Assembly: GCF_000143415.4 (NCBI RefSeq)
Contig: NW_003314290.1
Span: 682,001 to 746,000, forward strand
Direction of reading: 5' to 3'
From: Selaginella moellendorffii
Taxonomy: Eukaryota > Plantae > Lycopodiophyta
Length of the DNA: 64,000 nt
In this document: positions 35,334 through 47,007 of the stretch, one piece after another
How the letters are laid out: the number at the start of each line of letters is the position of its first letter
Numbering within the stretch: the first letter of the stretch is position 1
Notes under the pieces: generated by a model
The model's input: only the letters and a program-made list of their open reading frames with translations
Told to the model about the DNA's origin: nothing
Database searches by the model: none
Made by a program: the position numbers and the translations under genes

Positions 35334-37000
35334 ATGGTGCCGCCCGGCATTTTTCGCGAAGCTAGCAAGGCACCGCTGCCGCGCGGTGCGCTGGCGCTGG
35401 GCTGCGCGGCCTTTGTGGGCTTGGCGGCTTACCGCGCGGCGTGGGCGGCGGCGGCGGTGTGCGCCGCGGCGGTATGGACGTTTGCCGCCGCGGCGCCGCG
35501 CGGCAACCGCACGACGGCCGTGGTTTCAATGGGCAGAGGCGAGCGCCAGGCATCGATAGGGTTGAGCTCTCCGGCATGGGCTTCGCGATCGCTGCGCCGG
35601 ATCCACGCCGCCGTCGCCGCTGCTACCGCCGCTGCCATGGCGTTCTTGATCAAGCGGCCAAGGGTTCTTCATCAATCCGGCCTCCCTGAGGGCGATTTCC
35701 ATGGGGATTCTTGCCCTTCTTCCTCTTCCACTTCGATTCTCGATCTTCCGGATCTCGCATTGGACGACATTCTCTCCAGGCTCCCGGCGGACAGCCTCCT
35801 CCGATTGGGCGGCGTGTGCCAGGAGCTCCGGCAGCGCTGCAAGAGCGGCCATTTCTGGGAGGCGCTAGTGTACGAGAAATGGGGCAAGATCGCGGGTCCA
35901 GGGGCATACAGGGAGTGGTGCCGCAATCCCGTGCTGGAATCGTCGCCCAGAAAGGGGAGGACTGCGCAAGAGATCGCTGCCAAGAACGCGTGCGAGCGGC
36001 CGAATTGCGGGTGGAAGCTCTTGTGGCCCTCGATCGCGGCCGCTTGCTTGTGGCCGCTATCGGTGGCCAGGGAAAGATTGATGGCGTCGCGGAGCAAAGC
36101 GCCCACGCCCTCGGATTCGCTCATGGCGTGGTACTGGGCGCTGGAGACCGGGAATTTGTGGTTTCGTGGCCAAGTCTTTAACCGAGAGGTTCGTGTTCTT
36201 CGTGTTCTTTCAAAAAATTCTCTTTTGCTCACGGCTTGCTTCCCTCCACAGAATGGACATGTCGGATTTCTCTTGTCTTGCTACGATGCGGAGCTCAGCT
36301 ACGTTCGCTCGAGCGACTCGTTTCGGGCGAGGTAAGCGTTGTTTGCGCGAAGTTCACGGCCAAAATGTGATTTTTCTTGAATCGAATTCTTTTTTGTCAG
36401 GTATCCTCCACACGGACCTCGAGCTCTGGTTATGGAGGATGATATATCCTGGGAAAGAGTTCGAGCCTCGCCCGTGCAAACTCCGGCTCACGATCTACAC
36501 ACCTCGGATTGCTTGGCCGAGCTTAGGCCCGGTGATCACATCGAAGTCCAGTGGAGACGAACGAAGGAATTTCCATACGGTATGTGTTCCTGTTTGTTTT
36601 GCTCGAGCGGATATAAACTTAAGACAAGTTTTTGTTTTCTATGTCGCAGGCTGGTGGTATGGAATCGTTGGTCACTCTGAATCATGTTCCAACGCCGGGA
36701 ATAATAGCAGTCGTCAGCATTGTTCTTGCCAGAGTGACAGTAAGTATTCTGATTCTCTTTTGAGTCTTTTTCTTTTGCCATTCTTATTAAAGAGTCCAAT
36801 GCTTTTTTGTAGATACCGTATGGCTGGTGTTCAATCAGTTCACAAGTGGCTCGAGGTGGAAACGAACACCGATCGATCGCGTGAGTCACCGAGAGGAAGG
36901 CAACGAAACCGATGGATACTATGGTGGAATCCGGAAGCTACGATCAAAGGATGAGGTTTCTATGTGGGAGAGGCTTTGGCCAGTTGACATTTTGGAGTAG
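35334..37000 (+). CDS. F-box protein (At2g26850/At2g32560-like family), multi-exon
   Basis: [33 protein letters not shown]-box; [10 protein letters not shown]|[17 protein letters not shown]; [28 protein letters not shown]; [11 protein letters not shown]; TAG 36998-37000. Confidence 0.9.
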
Positions 37001-37130
37001 ACAAGGTAGAAGATAGATCAAACAATTTTTCTTGGCCAGATTCCATGGCTTGCGAGACGTAAGAGATTGTAAAATTTTAAAACAAATTCAGGATGAAACG
37101 AACGGGGATCACTCGGACCAACGTTTTAGA

Positions 37131-38036
37131 TCAACTATCTAGCTTGGCGGCTTTGTTTTTCTCCAACAAGACAATAGCGTAAGTTCCGTCGTCTTGACGA
37201 TCCTCCCGATAGACGCCGGAGCTCATCGAGAAGCTCTTCATATCCAACCATTGGATGTCTCTCCTGGTATAACCATCGGAGCAAAGAACCAAGTACTCGA
37301 GATCTTCGGTAACTTCAAGCTCCACAACATCCGGCACCGCGATGATGACCTGCTCGTCAAACGCCAGCTTCTTATTGCTCTTGAGGTCAAGGTCTCCTAG
37401 AGCTCTCGATATGAGGAGTTGCGAGTCACCGATTCCCATGTACAGTTTGCTAGCTGTGCTCCCATAACTGAAAATAGCGTCCGCTTTCACACCTCTCTCT
37501 CGCTCCTCAGGAACGTGGGGCGAGTGATCCTTTGTCAAGTGCTTGGTCTCGCCACCTTTGCGGTAACTACAGAAAGCATCACCTAAGCGCACACAGAGGT
37601 TAGCTCTTTGTGAAAAACATGTGCAAAACATACCTGCGTGGGCAACATACACAAAGTTCTCAGTCACCACAGCGACAATCGCTGTGGTTCCAGCTTGCCA
37701 ATATCTTTGTTCGTTTTCCTCTCTCATGAGATCGTCCATCTTGAGAAAAGCATTGCGTAGGGCTTGCTTGATTCCAGTGCCGCTCTGAAAGCCCTCGTCC
37801 TCCACCAAGACCGGGAAAAGATTCTTGGCGCAAAAACTTGCCGCTGCCCTGCCGCCGTGACCATCGAAAACTCCAACCAGAGATGCCTTGGGAGTGGACC
37901 CTATTGCGTACCCATCTTCTAAAAACTGGCGCCTCATGCCTTCCTCGGAGCTTGCATAGACTACGACGCGAGCGTCCCTGTGGAAATCCTGAGGCTTTAG
38001 CCGGCCGAAGCTGTCCAGGATTTTCATTGTCGCCAT
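37131..38036 (-). CDS. Divergent protein phosphatase 2C
   Basis: RQFLED, GVFDGHGG, GTTA, VAHAGD (after splicing a 51-nt intron at 37583-37633), LTKDHSP, ISRALGD, LCSDG; TATA near 38071-38078. Confidence 0.85.
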   Translation of the reverse strand: MATMKILDSFGRLKPQDFHRDARVVVYASSEEGMRRQFLEDGYAIGSTPKASLVGVFDGHGGRAAASFCAKNLFPVLVEDEGFQSGTGIKQALRNAFLKMDDLMREENEQRYWQAGTTAIVAVVTENFVYVAHAGMFCTCFSQRANLCVRLGDAFCSYRKGGETKHLTKDHSPHVPEERERGVKADAIFSYGSTASKLYMGIGDSQLLISRALGDLDLKSNKKLAFDEQVIIAVPDVVELEVTEDLEYLVLCSDGYTRRDIQWLDMKSFSMSSGVYREDRQDDGTYAIVLLEKNKAAKLDS

Positions 38037-38169
38037 GGAATTAACCTTGCCAGAATTGGACGTTTTGGGATATTTATAGTAAATTTGAAATCTTATTATG
38101 GACTGATTAATTTTATATTAGCCATTCAAAGGGCTGGGAAATGAAAATTAAGATTTCCAAGCGTATTTA

Positions 38170-40360
38170 TCGATCCAATGAAAATTTGCTACTGTGCGTG
38201 TCGGATCGAACCAAAGAAGAAGTGTGAGATTTCTCATCTGGAAATGACGGCTTGGACAGTGAGAATGGTTGTGATCCAGTGGAGGACATGGACAGATAGA
38301 TTGGATGAGGATGAGAAGGGAGCTTTGATGAGGAATGATAGCTTTGATGGGGATGAGCAGGGACTGAGGGACAGCTTGGACAATCCGGAGCTACTTGGTG
38401 ATCAAGAGCTTGAGGACGAGGAGGACAGCTTGGATGAGGATGAGCAGGGAGCGAGGACGGCGTGGACAATCCAGAGCTATTTGGCGATCCAGAGCTTGTT
38501 GAAGTGAGAGGGTGCTTAGACGAATGCAATGATCTATGGATGTGCGAAACTTCTCCATAGCAGCTCAAAACGAGATTCTTTGAGGGTGCTCCAACGTCTC
38601 TGTGGCAAAAGTCGTGTCTAGATACAAGATGTTTGGAATGGTGGCATTGTTAAAATGGGGGTATTCCATAAAGCTGAGCTTTTCCAAGGAAATTGTCTAC
38701 GATGTGGAAGCCCATGTGATGTTGTCTTCCACTATCTTCATCTTAGAGATCAAGTCAAGCCGCTCATGAGTAGCAGAACTTACTGTCATAAGAGGAGGAA
38801 AGAGGAGTGGATTGGAGGAGCAGTAGCTACAATGGAGCAGAGTTCAGAGAGAATCAAAGTTTCTGGGATCCAAACTCCATATATTCATCCTTCAAGGTAA
38901 TTGCATACTAATGTTTTTGCTTTGGCCAGGGTGATCCGAGAAACTGTGCTGTGATGCTTCACTGGGACGGGTACAGAGGGTCAAAGATAGTTCATGATCC
39001 ATATGCTGTTATAGAAGCTCAGGTGCTGGTTGGAGAAGAAGTTCTGACAATTCGACCCCACAATTCGGTCGTGGAATGTTAGAACCTCATCTTTTGGTGT
39101 TCATTCCTTTCTCAACAAGTCTGGCCAAAGACGTGCTCGAAATTATTTGGAAGGACTTCCAGTTATTTTTGAGGCCTATAATAGACGACCTGGAGCAGAT
39201 GTTTGTGGCATTGATGCAAACTTCAACTATCAAAATGATTTTGGCGGGAACTTCAGGTTGTGAGTGATGCTTCTAGCATTTATTGGAGACTACCCTGCTC
39301 AGTGCAAGACAGGGATGTTTCTCTCTGGAATGCCACACTATTGACAAAATCACTGCTTAATGTCAAAGATCTTGGTTGACAACGAGAAAGACAGTGAGCA
39401 CAAAAAGAAGTGGATGAAGAATGTGTATGTCAAGGATCGGTTTCAAGCAAGGTTTCCACCACAGAAAAGGCTAGCTCACAGCATGTATTAACAAAGTCTG
39501 CCATGAATCAAAAGGCAAGATAACAAAAGGCACTTTGATCTCTCGGGATGTCTGGCATATCAAAACTATAGCAGCTTTATAGGCTTTACAGAATTGAGCT
39601 TTTGTTAGACCTTGTCTATGATGGGATGCACATATTAGCACTCAACTTGTGCAAGAAGTTTACTAAAAGGCTATCAAGATCTATATGGCCATGGAAGTTT
39701 GACCAACACAAGCTTTTCAATATAGAGGAGGCCTAGAAGTTTGTGCAGCTATGTGTTCCATACATTATTTTTCGGATGAGATCCAGGACAACATCCAATC
39801 GACTCGGCGCCATCAGACATTCAAAGTTCATGAGGCCTATAGTAGACGACCTGGAACATCCAATCCACTGCATTACAGACCATGCCTTCGAAGCATCTTT
39901 CAAGATTTTCCATACCAGAAGTGGTTGCTGGCTGTATAGCTGAAACACTAAAGGTTGTATTAGTGGTAGTTGACAAGGAACTCACCAAAGATGAGATCGT
40001 CAAACAGGATGATAGTGTGAAGATGAACAATGGTGCTTTTGCCTACGAGAAAGCATTGAAGTGCACAAGGACAAAGCCATTTCCAACACTCCTAGTGCTC
40101 ATCACATAAGTCTTCAAGGAGCTTCCAGTGTTTTATTGCAACCCGTCAACAACTTGGCCTTTAAGTTGCCTGTCACTGAGGGAGAATACTTTGGTTTCTA
40201 CTCTCATTCTACTGTATTTTCTGATGTCTTGGATGAGTACACACCATCACTACATAACGTGGAGGAGAATGACGAAGATGAAGTATGCAGCCCTTTAAAC
40301 ATCAACATGAAAGTAATTACTCAAAAAGGTAATAAGAAGTTCCACTTGATCAGAACTTAA
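38170..40360 (+). mobile_element. Decayed CACTA/EnSpm-superfamily transposase of a second, divergent type
   Basis: N-terminal CYCAC, acidic repeats, DPRNCAVMLHWDG (38931-38971), FLRPIIDDLE, IGDYPAQCKTG (39285-39310), LDLVYDGMH (~39620); many stops; no TIRs found. Confidence 0.65.
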
Positions 40361-41793
40361 AACTTTTCCTTCTTGTAGGTGGAACTTTCTGAAACCAAAT
40401 TGGAAACCAATGAGGTGGTTTCGTAGCTTTGATTAGCCAAGAACTGTTTGCTTGTGTCTTCTTGTAAGAGGAAGAAAATGATACTACTCCAATATTGAAA
40501 GCTCAAGACATGATGGATAACATGTTACCACAAACTGAGGTGCTAGCGAATTTAAGTTTCTAGGCATTTTCATCTCTCATTGCTATAGGTGTCTGGTGTA
40601 AAGACTATGGTGTCAAAGCTGGGGCTGCCTCGTGCATCAAAAGGCATGATATATGCTCTTATTGTTCTGGATTTCTTACATCTATTAGCAAGGTTGAGCT
40701 AGTCAAGAAAGCTTGACTGGCTGCGACCACTTGACCTGCATTAGTTGAGAAAAACAGCTTGGTCGCTAACCAAAAGGAGTAAGTTTATATTCTTCAAACC
40801 AATCAATATTTAATTCACTCATTCGCTTTTAGACTGGATCAATGGTAACTAAAGCAAGAGGGAAGAAGGCCAAGGTACCTCAACAGTCTTGCATTCTTTT
40901 GCAAAAAAAGAAAAACACTAGTGGCTATTAGCAAGTTCATCATAAAAAACTAGGCCCGAAATTCTCTAAAGTATTGTTAATGAATGTACTCAAGAGTGAA
41001 TGCTTACTTCCCAAGCCTACTTCAGAAGTCTTTTCCCTCATTGATGTTAGAAATGGAGGATATGTAGCATGACCATTAAATGATGTGAAAATCTATATGA
41101 AAAATACTTCACTTTCCTTCTCCATAAAAAATACCTTATTTTCTTTTCAATCAAATAGAATTTCTACTAAACTTTCAGCAAGAAAGATTAGAAACTTAAA
41201 TTGAACACAAGGACGATGGGTTTGTAATTTACCATCATTTTGTCATAACACAAAAATCATAGTTATTATGGATATATGAATTTTAAGGTCAGAAAGCCCC
41301 TCGAAAAGCTTCATTTATATTAAGAATCTGAATTTTCATAATACTAAATATACCAATAATTCTCATTATTATTTCTTATAAAATCTTTAAATACTCTATA
41401 AAATATATATTTCCATGATAAATCTCGGAGGAAGGGAATGGACTACACATTTGTATTCAAAAATACCAAGGAACTAGACGATCTAAGGATGTTATTATTA
41501 CGTAAGAAAATTGGCAGTTATAAGTTCAAATCCTAGAGTTTCCAATCATTCTAGTATGGAATACATAAGATGCAATCCTTCCTAATCTTACTACCAATCC
41601 TCTCATTCCTTCTGTAGGAATTTTGAAGATAATATGTTATTAAAAAAGCAAACAGAAGTAATTAAAAGCAAGAAAAATAGACATTTTGATATCTTTATTC
41701 CTTCTTCTTTATATATAAAAAGCCAAAAACATAAAATGTATTTTACTACCATTGACAAACTAGAATCCATCTTTATTTGATTGTATTACCTGT

Positions 41794-42225
41794 TTATAGT
41801 GGAGAGTCTTGGTAACGAATGGTGCACTTGTCCTTGAGCATGAGCATTCCTGCAATGGCATCACCGCACTCGCGCCAAGCCCGACGAACCAAATCCTCGA
41901 CACAGCTTTTGCACATCCCAGGGTTGCCCACCATGTTGAAGCACTGGGCTTGTCCATAGGCTGAGACATCGTCGCCACCATTCTTGACACTATAGGTCAT
42001 GTTATTGGCGTATGCTGTGTTCTGGATGAGATCCGTCAACGTCTGGTTCAAGCTCGTCCAGTAAGTGCTCCCAGTTGGGATGGATTCATCGCTGCAATAG
42101 CCCGAGAAATCTACATCCATGGCCCTCCACAGCTTGCTCGTGATCGTGCCCCTCGCCTCCACCGCGATCGTCAATGCCATTGCCAGGGACATGATCGCCA
42201 CCAGGATGGCTGCCTTAATCGCCAT
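41794..42225 (-). CDS. Secreted single-DUF26 (ginkbilobin-2-like) cysteine-rich protein
   Basis: Signal peptide MAIKAAILVAIMSLAMAL; C...IPTGS...L.DLIQNTA; AYGQAQC-X9-C-X2-C; CGDAI...CTIRYQ; TATA near 42326-42333. Confidence 0.9.
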   Translation of the reverse strand: MAIKAAILVAIMSLAMALTIAVEARGTITSKLWRAMDVDFSGYCSDESIPTGSTYWTSLNQTLTDLIQNTAYANNMTYSVKNGGDDVSAYGQAQCFNMVGNPGMCKSCVEDLVRRAWRECGDAIAGMLMLKDKCTIRYQDSPL

Positions 42226-43178
42226 CGCGATCGCTATCCTGAGAAAGAAAGAGAGGAAGAAGGACTCTCGAGGAGCAAAATTCCCTAGTACTGAGCGTGA
42301 ATCTCCTTTTGCGTGAACTTTTGTCTTTATATAGAGGCACGAAGACACTGTGAGCCAAGCTCATGCGCCACACCTTCAAGCGTCTCTCTTTCTTAACTCT
42401 TTATAACACCAAAACAGCAACGACTCGCTATCCAAAGCCTAGCAGTGTGGTATCACGAGAAACAGGTGGCGAATCAGAACTTGCTGTTAAGCACTATCTA
42501 ATGCAAGAAAAGGTGGTGAATCCAAATTCACACAATTAATAACTAAATGGAATTGGATCACTAGATGCTGTCATTCTGGTTGATGCCACAATTTATTGTC
42601 CGCATCAGCAATCCATGTACAGGAAGATTTCTGAGGTCATGTTTGCATGCACTACTTCCTCCCACACACGGGGAATATCTTAGCGCCACTTCTGTGGATC
42701 AAAACAAACTTCATATGTGCACAACGTCTCCCACTTTCCTATGGAATCTAAGGCCAACATCTTCCCCACGTGTGGGAGGATGTGGTGTATGTCTTGTTTC
42801 CAAACATGACTCCAGGAATCTTCCAGTAGATTGCTGATCACAATGAATTTTGGCTTCAGTTAGCAAGCGAGTGTGGCGATCCTAGATTCCCCACTTGCAT
42901 GGTGAATGAGACATCGTGATTTTGGGTGCCATGCTGACTAGCTTGCAAACAATGAAATACTTAATGTAGGAGTTGTGGGAGGCACTGAAGCAATTGCAAG
43001 TTCTCATTGTTAGCAAGAAAAGTATGCAAATTCATCTCCAAGGTCATATCATAGCTGAAAATTCTTTTGTTTTTTTTATGAGAACTTGCAACTGATCCAG
43101 CACTTCTCAACAACTCGTATTGTGATTTTATTTATACGAGGGAAAAAAGGAAAAGTGTTACTATTTATGCATTTTGTT

Positions 43179-44039
43179 TTATTTCTTAACCTTAGCAGCA
43201 GCTGATTTATCAAACTTCTTGTGCCTAGCCTGGAAAGTTTCCATTGAGTTTATGCTGGAAAAGAAGAACAAGAACAAGAAGAAAAGGAGAGAAGTTCTCA
43301 CCTTTTTCTTGGCTCGCAATCTCTGGCGCTGTCGTCCGCCCTTCTTCCTCTTCTTGCTGCTCGGATCCGTGCTTGTCCTCTTGGATTCCTAGGACAAAAA
43401 CGTCTTCACTGAGAACGAAAGTTTGTCTGGATCAAGAGAAAGCTTTCACGAACCCCAGCGAGCGCGGCAACTGTTCGTGCGTGCCTCTCCGCGTGTGTCT
43501 CGCCCTCAGATTCCATCTCTTCCTCCTCACCCTCACTGTTGAGCGTAACTTTGAGCTTTCCTTCCGTCATTTTCTTCAAAGAACGACGATGGCCCTTCGA
43601 AAAGAAGGAAAAAAGGAGTTTATATCATCCGACAGGAGCTGTTACCTTCGAGCGCAAGTGGGAGGCCATGGTTTCCTCCGAGAGGCACACAACCTTGGGG
43701 CACACCCTGCATTTCAAAACATCTTTAACCTGAATCGCGAGAGACTGCTCCAGCTTCTCCTTCTCGCTCTCCTCCACAGCCATCGCCCAATCCTTCCTTT
43801 TACGTTTTACCTCCTTTCCTTTCTCCTCCTCTTCCTCCTCCTCCTCCTCTTCATGGGACTCCTCGCGATTGGAGACTGCACAAGCAGCTTAAACCATAAA
43901 CCCAACACCAAAGAAAGAAAGAAAGAAAAAACCCACCGGGCTTTTCTCCATCGTCCTCTCCGGAGTCGTCCGACGAGGAGGAAGAAGAAGACGACGAAGA
44001 CCGCCCATGGAGCACAGCGTAGTTCTGGCGCTTAAACAT
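43179..44039 (-). CDS. Uncharacterised acidic/basic protein with a single C2H2-type zinc finger, multi-exon
   Basis: MFKRQNY, Ser/Asp and Glu tracts, CRVCPKVVCLSEETMASHLRSK|GHRRS, EGETHAERHAR, KKRKKGGRQRQRLR; GT-AG introns. Confidence 0.75.
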
Positions 44040-45030
44040 GACCAAGCAAAGAATGAACCCTAAAAGAGAGATCAAAGACGTGTGTGTTGAGGTTAGAGAA
44101 GGATCAGTGGTGTTAGCGCCAATTGCGCCAAAGCTGCTGCTTCTTGGGATCAGGCTGGCTTTCTTGGGATCCTAGTACAGTTTCGAAAGTATATGGATCT
44201 CATATTTGTATCTAACTACATATGAGAAACTGCTCAAAGTGTTTTCAAGAGATGTAGTTCACACATTTTCAGAATTCACTAGTACCTAGTGCTTCCAAAC
44301 TTTACATACTGCTCCACGACAGGGCTGCGCCATGAAGGCTAAAAAGCCCAAAAAAAACGCCCCACAAACTCGCGCTACCTTTCCTCCATCTCCAGCCGCG
44401 CCCTGATCTTCCTCTACATTGACACCATTTTTTCACATTACGACAACTGAATTGTCAAGCTCAGCTTCTTTCTCAGACGATCAAAACTCCTTTAACTTGT
44501 TCTTCTAGAGATGGCACCATTTTCTTTCCACGTTGTCTCTGTCAAGATCATCGATCACTAGGTTCATCGATCAAAAGATCGAATCCCTCGATTCACTAGC
44601 TTCTACTTCATAATAGTCCGATCCAAATCATATTATGGCTACATCCATCTAGTGCGATGCCTTGCCACTCCGCCGATCCCGATCCCCTCCAGGACATCGG
44701 GCCTCGCTTCGCAACAATGCGCCTGGATTTCGCGGTGGGAGGCCTGATTTCTCCCCTCGCCTGAAAACCGTGCGCTCGTTCACTGGCAGCTCAATGTGCT
44801 CCATCGCCACGCTCAACTCGCAGCAAAATGGAGCCCGTGTTTGGATCTGGGATTAGAAACGACATGCATTGTCCTCGCTCAAAGCCCAGAGAATATTTGA
44901 TCTGGTATATTCTTGGGATCTAGATGTTTAGGGCTACCCTTTCGCGGTTAATGTTAATGGTTATAACCTTTTGCCAAATAACTAGGCGAGTTATTTGGAA
45001 TCTAAAGGGGATTTTAGGGCTTCTTTGTGT

Positions 45031-46533
45031 ATGGGCAGAGAATGGAAGTGGGAGGAGGCCGCTGCGGGAGCTGTTGCCGGGGTTGCCACCGTCGTAGCTT
45101 TGCATCCTCTCGACATTGTTCGCACACGATTCCAGGGTATGCCTTCTCTTTGGTTTCTTTTCTCTCCTTTGCAAGCGGCGTTTCTTCACATTGAACTCCA
45201 GCCGACGATGGTCGAAATCGTTTTGTTCATCATTACAAGAGCACTGCCAATGCCTTGCTCACCATCGCGCGAACAGAGGTCTAGAAATCGGAAGTTTTTT
45301 ACGCAAGGTGTGACTTTTTCGCCTTCCTTTTGGCAGGGTGTGAAAGGATTGTATGCCGGCCTTTCTCCTGCGGTGTTTGGTTCTAGCTTGGCGTGGGGAC
45401 TCTATTTTCTCTTGTAAGTTTGACTGTTATTTTAGTTCGTGATGCCATGGTTTTCATTTTTTTTTTCTGCGCAGTTACAGTAATATCAAGGAGATGCATC
45501 AAAGAAGATTGGGAGGAGAGCTCGGTCCAGGCCATCACCTCGTTGCGTCTGCTGAAGCTGGTGCACTGGTAGACTTTTTTTTTGCTTTTTTTCCTTTAGT
45601 TGTTCTTGTCTTAAGTTTTTTTTAAACTTTATCAGGTCTCTGCGATGACAAATCCCATATTTCTAGTAAAAACACGGCTTCAGCTTCAGCCTCCGAATGG
45701 ATCTCAGCAGCCTTACTCGGGTTTTATGGGTGAGAGATATTTCTTTTCATTTTTCCTTTCCTTAGCTACATTGGCTGCACAGATGCTTTTCACAGCATTC
45801 GTAAAGTTGAAGGCTGGAGGGGTTTTTACAAAGGCTTTGGTCCGAGCGTACTTCTTGTAAGTTTGTCCATTTCTTTGGCAAATTGATGATTTGATGGAGC
45901 CAGGCGTAGGTGTCACACGGAGCACTTCAGTTTATGGCGTATGAAGAGGGCAGAAAAATGGCGATTGCAGCTCACAAGAGAGTGGATCCTTCGGCAACTG
46001 AAAACTCTCTAGTAAGTTTTCCTTGCTCTTACTTTTTTGGAAGATTTTGTTTATAACTTTGAAAATTTGCGATTCTCGCAGACCTCTCTAGATTTCGCTG
46101 TGCTTGGTGCTACGTCCAAGCTTTTTGCGCTATTTCTAACTTATCCCTACCAAGTAAGCCTCATCTCACTCATGGATTTGATGTGTGACAAAGGTGACTT
46201 TGCAGGTTATTAGAACACGCTCACAGGTACTTCCATGGATTTTCATTTGTCATTTGTTCTAATGAAAAGTCTTGTGCTTATTTGGATGTTGTAGCAAAGA
46301 CCTGACTCGCAAGGATCACTGAGCTACAGAGGCGGCTGGCACGCGTTCACAGAGACACTCAAGTAAGCAAACTCCCAGTTATTCCTTTTCAATCGAGCTA
46401 TCGAGTTTTTCACAGATACGAGGGAGTCCGGGGTTTATACAAAGGAATGGTACCAAACTTACTTAGAGTTGCTCCCTCATCCTCCATCACTTTTATTGTC
46501 TACGAGAGTGTGAAGAAGATTCTGTTGAGATAG
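45031..46533 (+). CDS. FOLT1: Mitochondrial-carrier-family folate transporter 1, multi-exon
   Basis: MGREWKWEEAAAGAVAGVATVVALHPLDIVRTRFQ; TNPIFLVKTRLQLQ; TYPYQVIRTRSQQRP; GLYKGMVPNLLRVAPSSSITFIVYE; TAG 46531-46533. Confidence 0.88.
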
Positions 46534-46674
46534 CTTCCAACTTTTAACAAATTTTTAACTCAAATCCCTTTCCTTCAACAAAAGTGATCCATTCCACCTA
46601 CTTCCATGGATAAAAACATCATAAAATCTACGAATAACAGTGGGACATTCTTGAGAAACTCAAAGGGATTCGAG

Positions 46675-46756
46675 CGTGAACGGCAGGATTCGAACCTGCG
46701 CGGGCAGAGCCCACATGATTTCGAGTCATGCCCGATAACCACTCCGGCACGTTCAC
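46675..46756 (-). tRNA. tRNA-Ser(CGA)
   Basis: GTGAACGTGCCGGAGTGGTTATCGGGCATGACT-CGA-AATCATGTGGGCTCTGCCCGCGCAGGTTCGAATCCTGCCGTTCACG; 82 nt with long variable arm. Confidence 0.97.
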
Positions 46757-46824
46757 ATTATTTGATTTGAAATAGCGATACAAAAGCACGCTTTTAAAAA
46801 CAAATTCATGAGAGAAAATCAATT

Positions 46825-46906
46825 CGTGGACGGCAGGATTCGAACCTGCGCGGGCAAAGCCCACATGATTTCTAGTCATGCCCGATAACCACTCCGGCAC
46901 GTCCAC
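46825..46906 (-). tRNA. tRNA-Ser(AGA)
   Basis: GTGGACGTGCCGGAGTGGTTATCGGGCATGACT-AGA-AATCATGTGGGCTTTGCCCGCGCAGGTTCGAATCCTGCCGTCCACG; oligo-T terminator downstream. Confidence 0.97.
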
Positions 46907-47007
46907 GTCATTGATGAATTCATTAATTAATCTGATCATCTCATGTATTTAATTAGCGATGGTTTTCGCGAAAACAGTTTGCTCTATATTACAACGTCCG
47001 CTTACAT

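Noticed and set aside
42500-43030. Coding-like composition between the DUF26 and zinc-finger genes
   Set aside because: No recognisable motif; frames are interrupted
46911-46935. TGATGA...CTGA C/D-box pair next to a tRNA
   Set aside because: The boxes are too close together for a snoRNA and lie on the opposite strand
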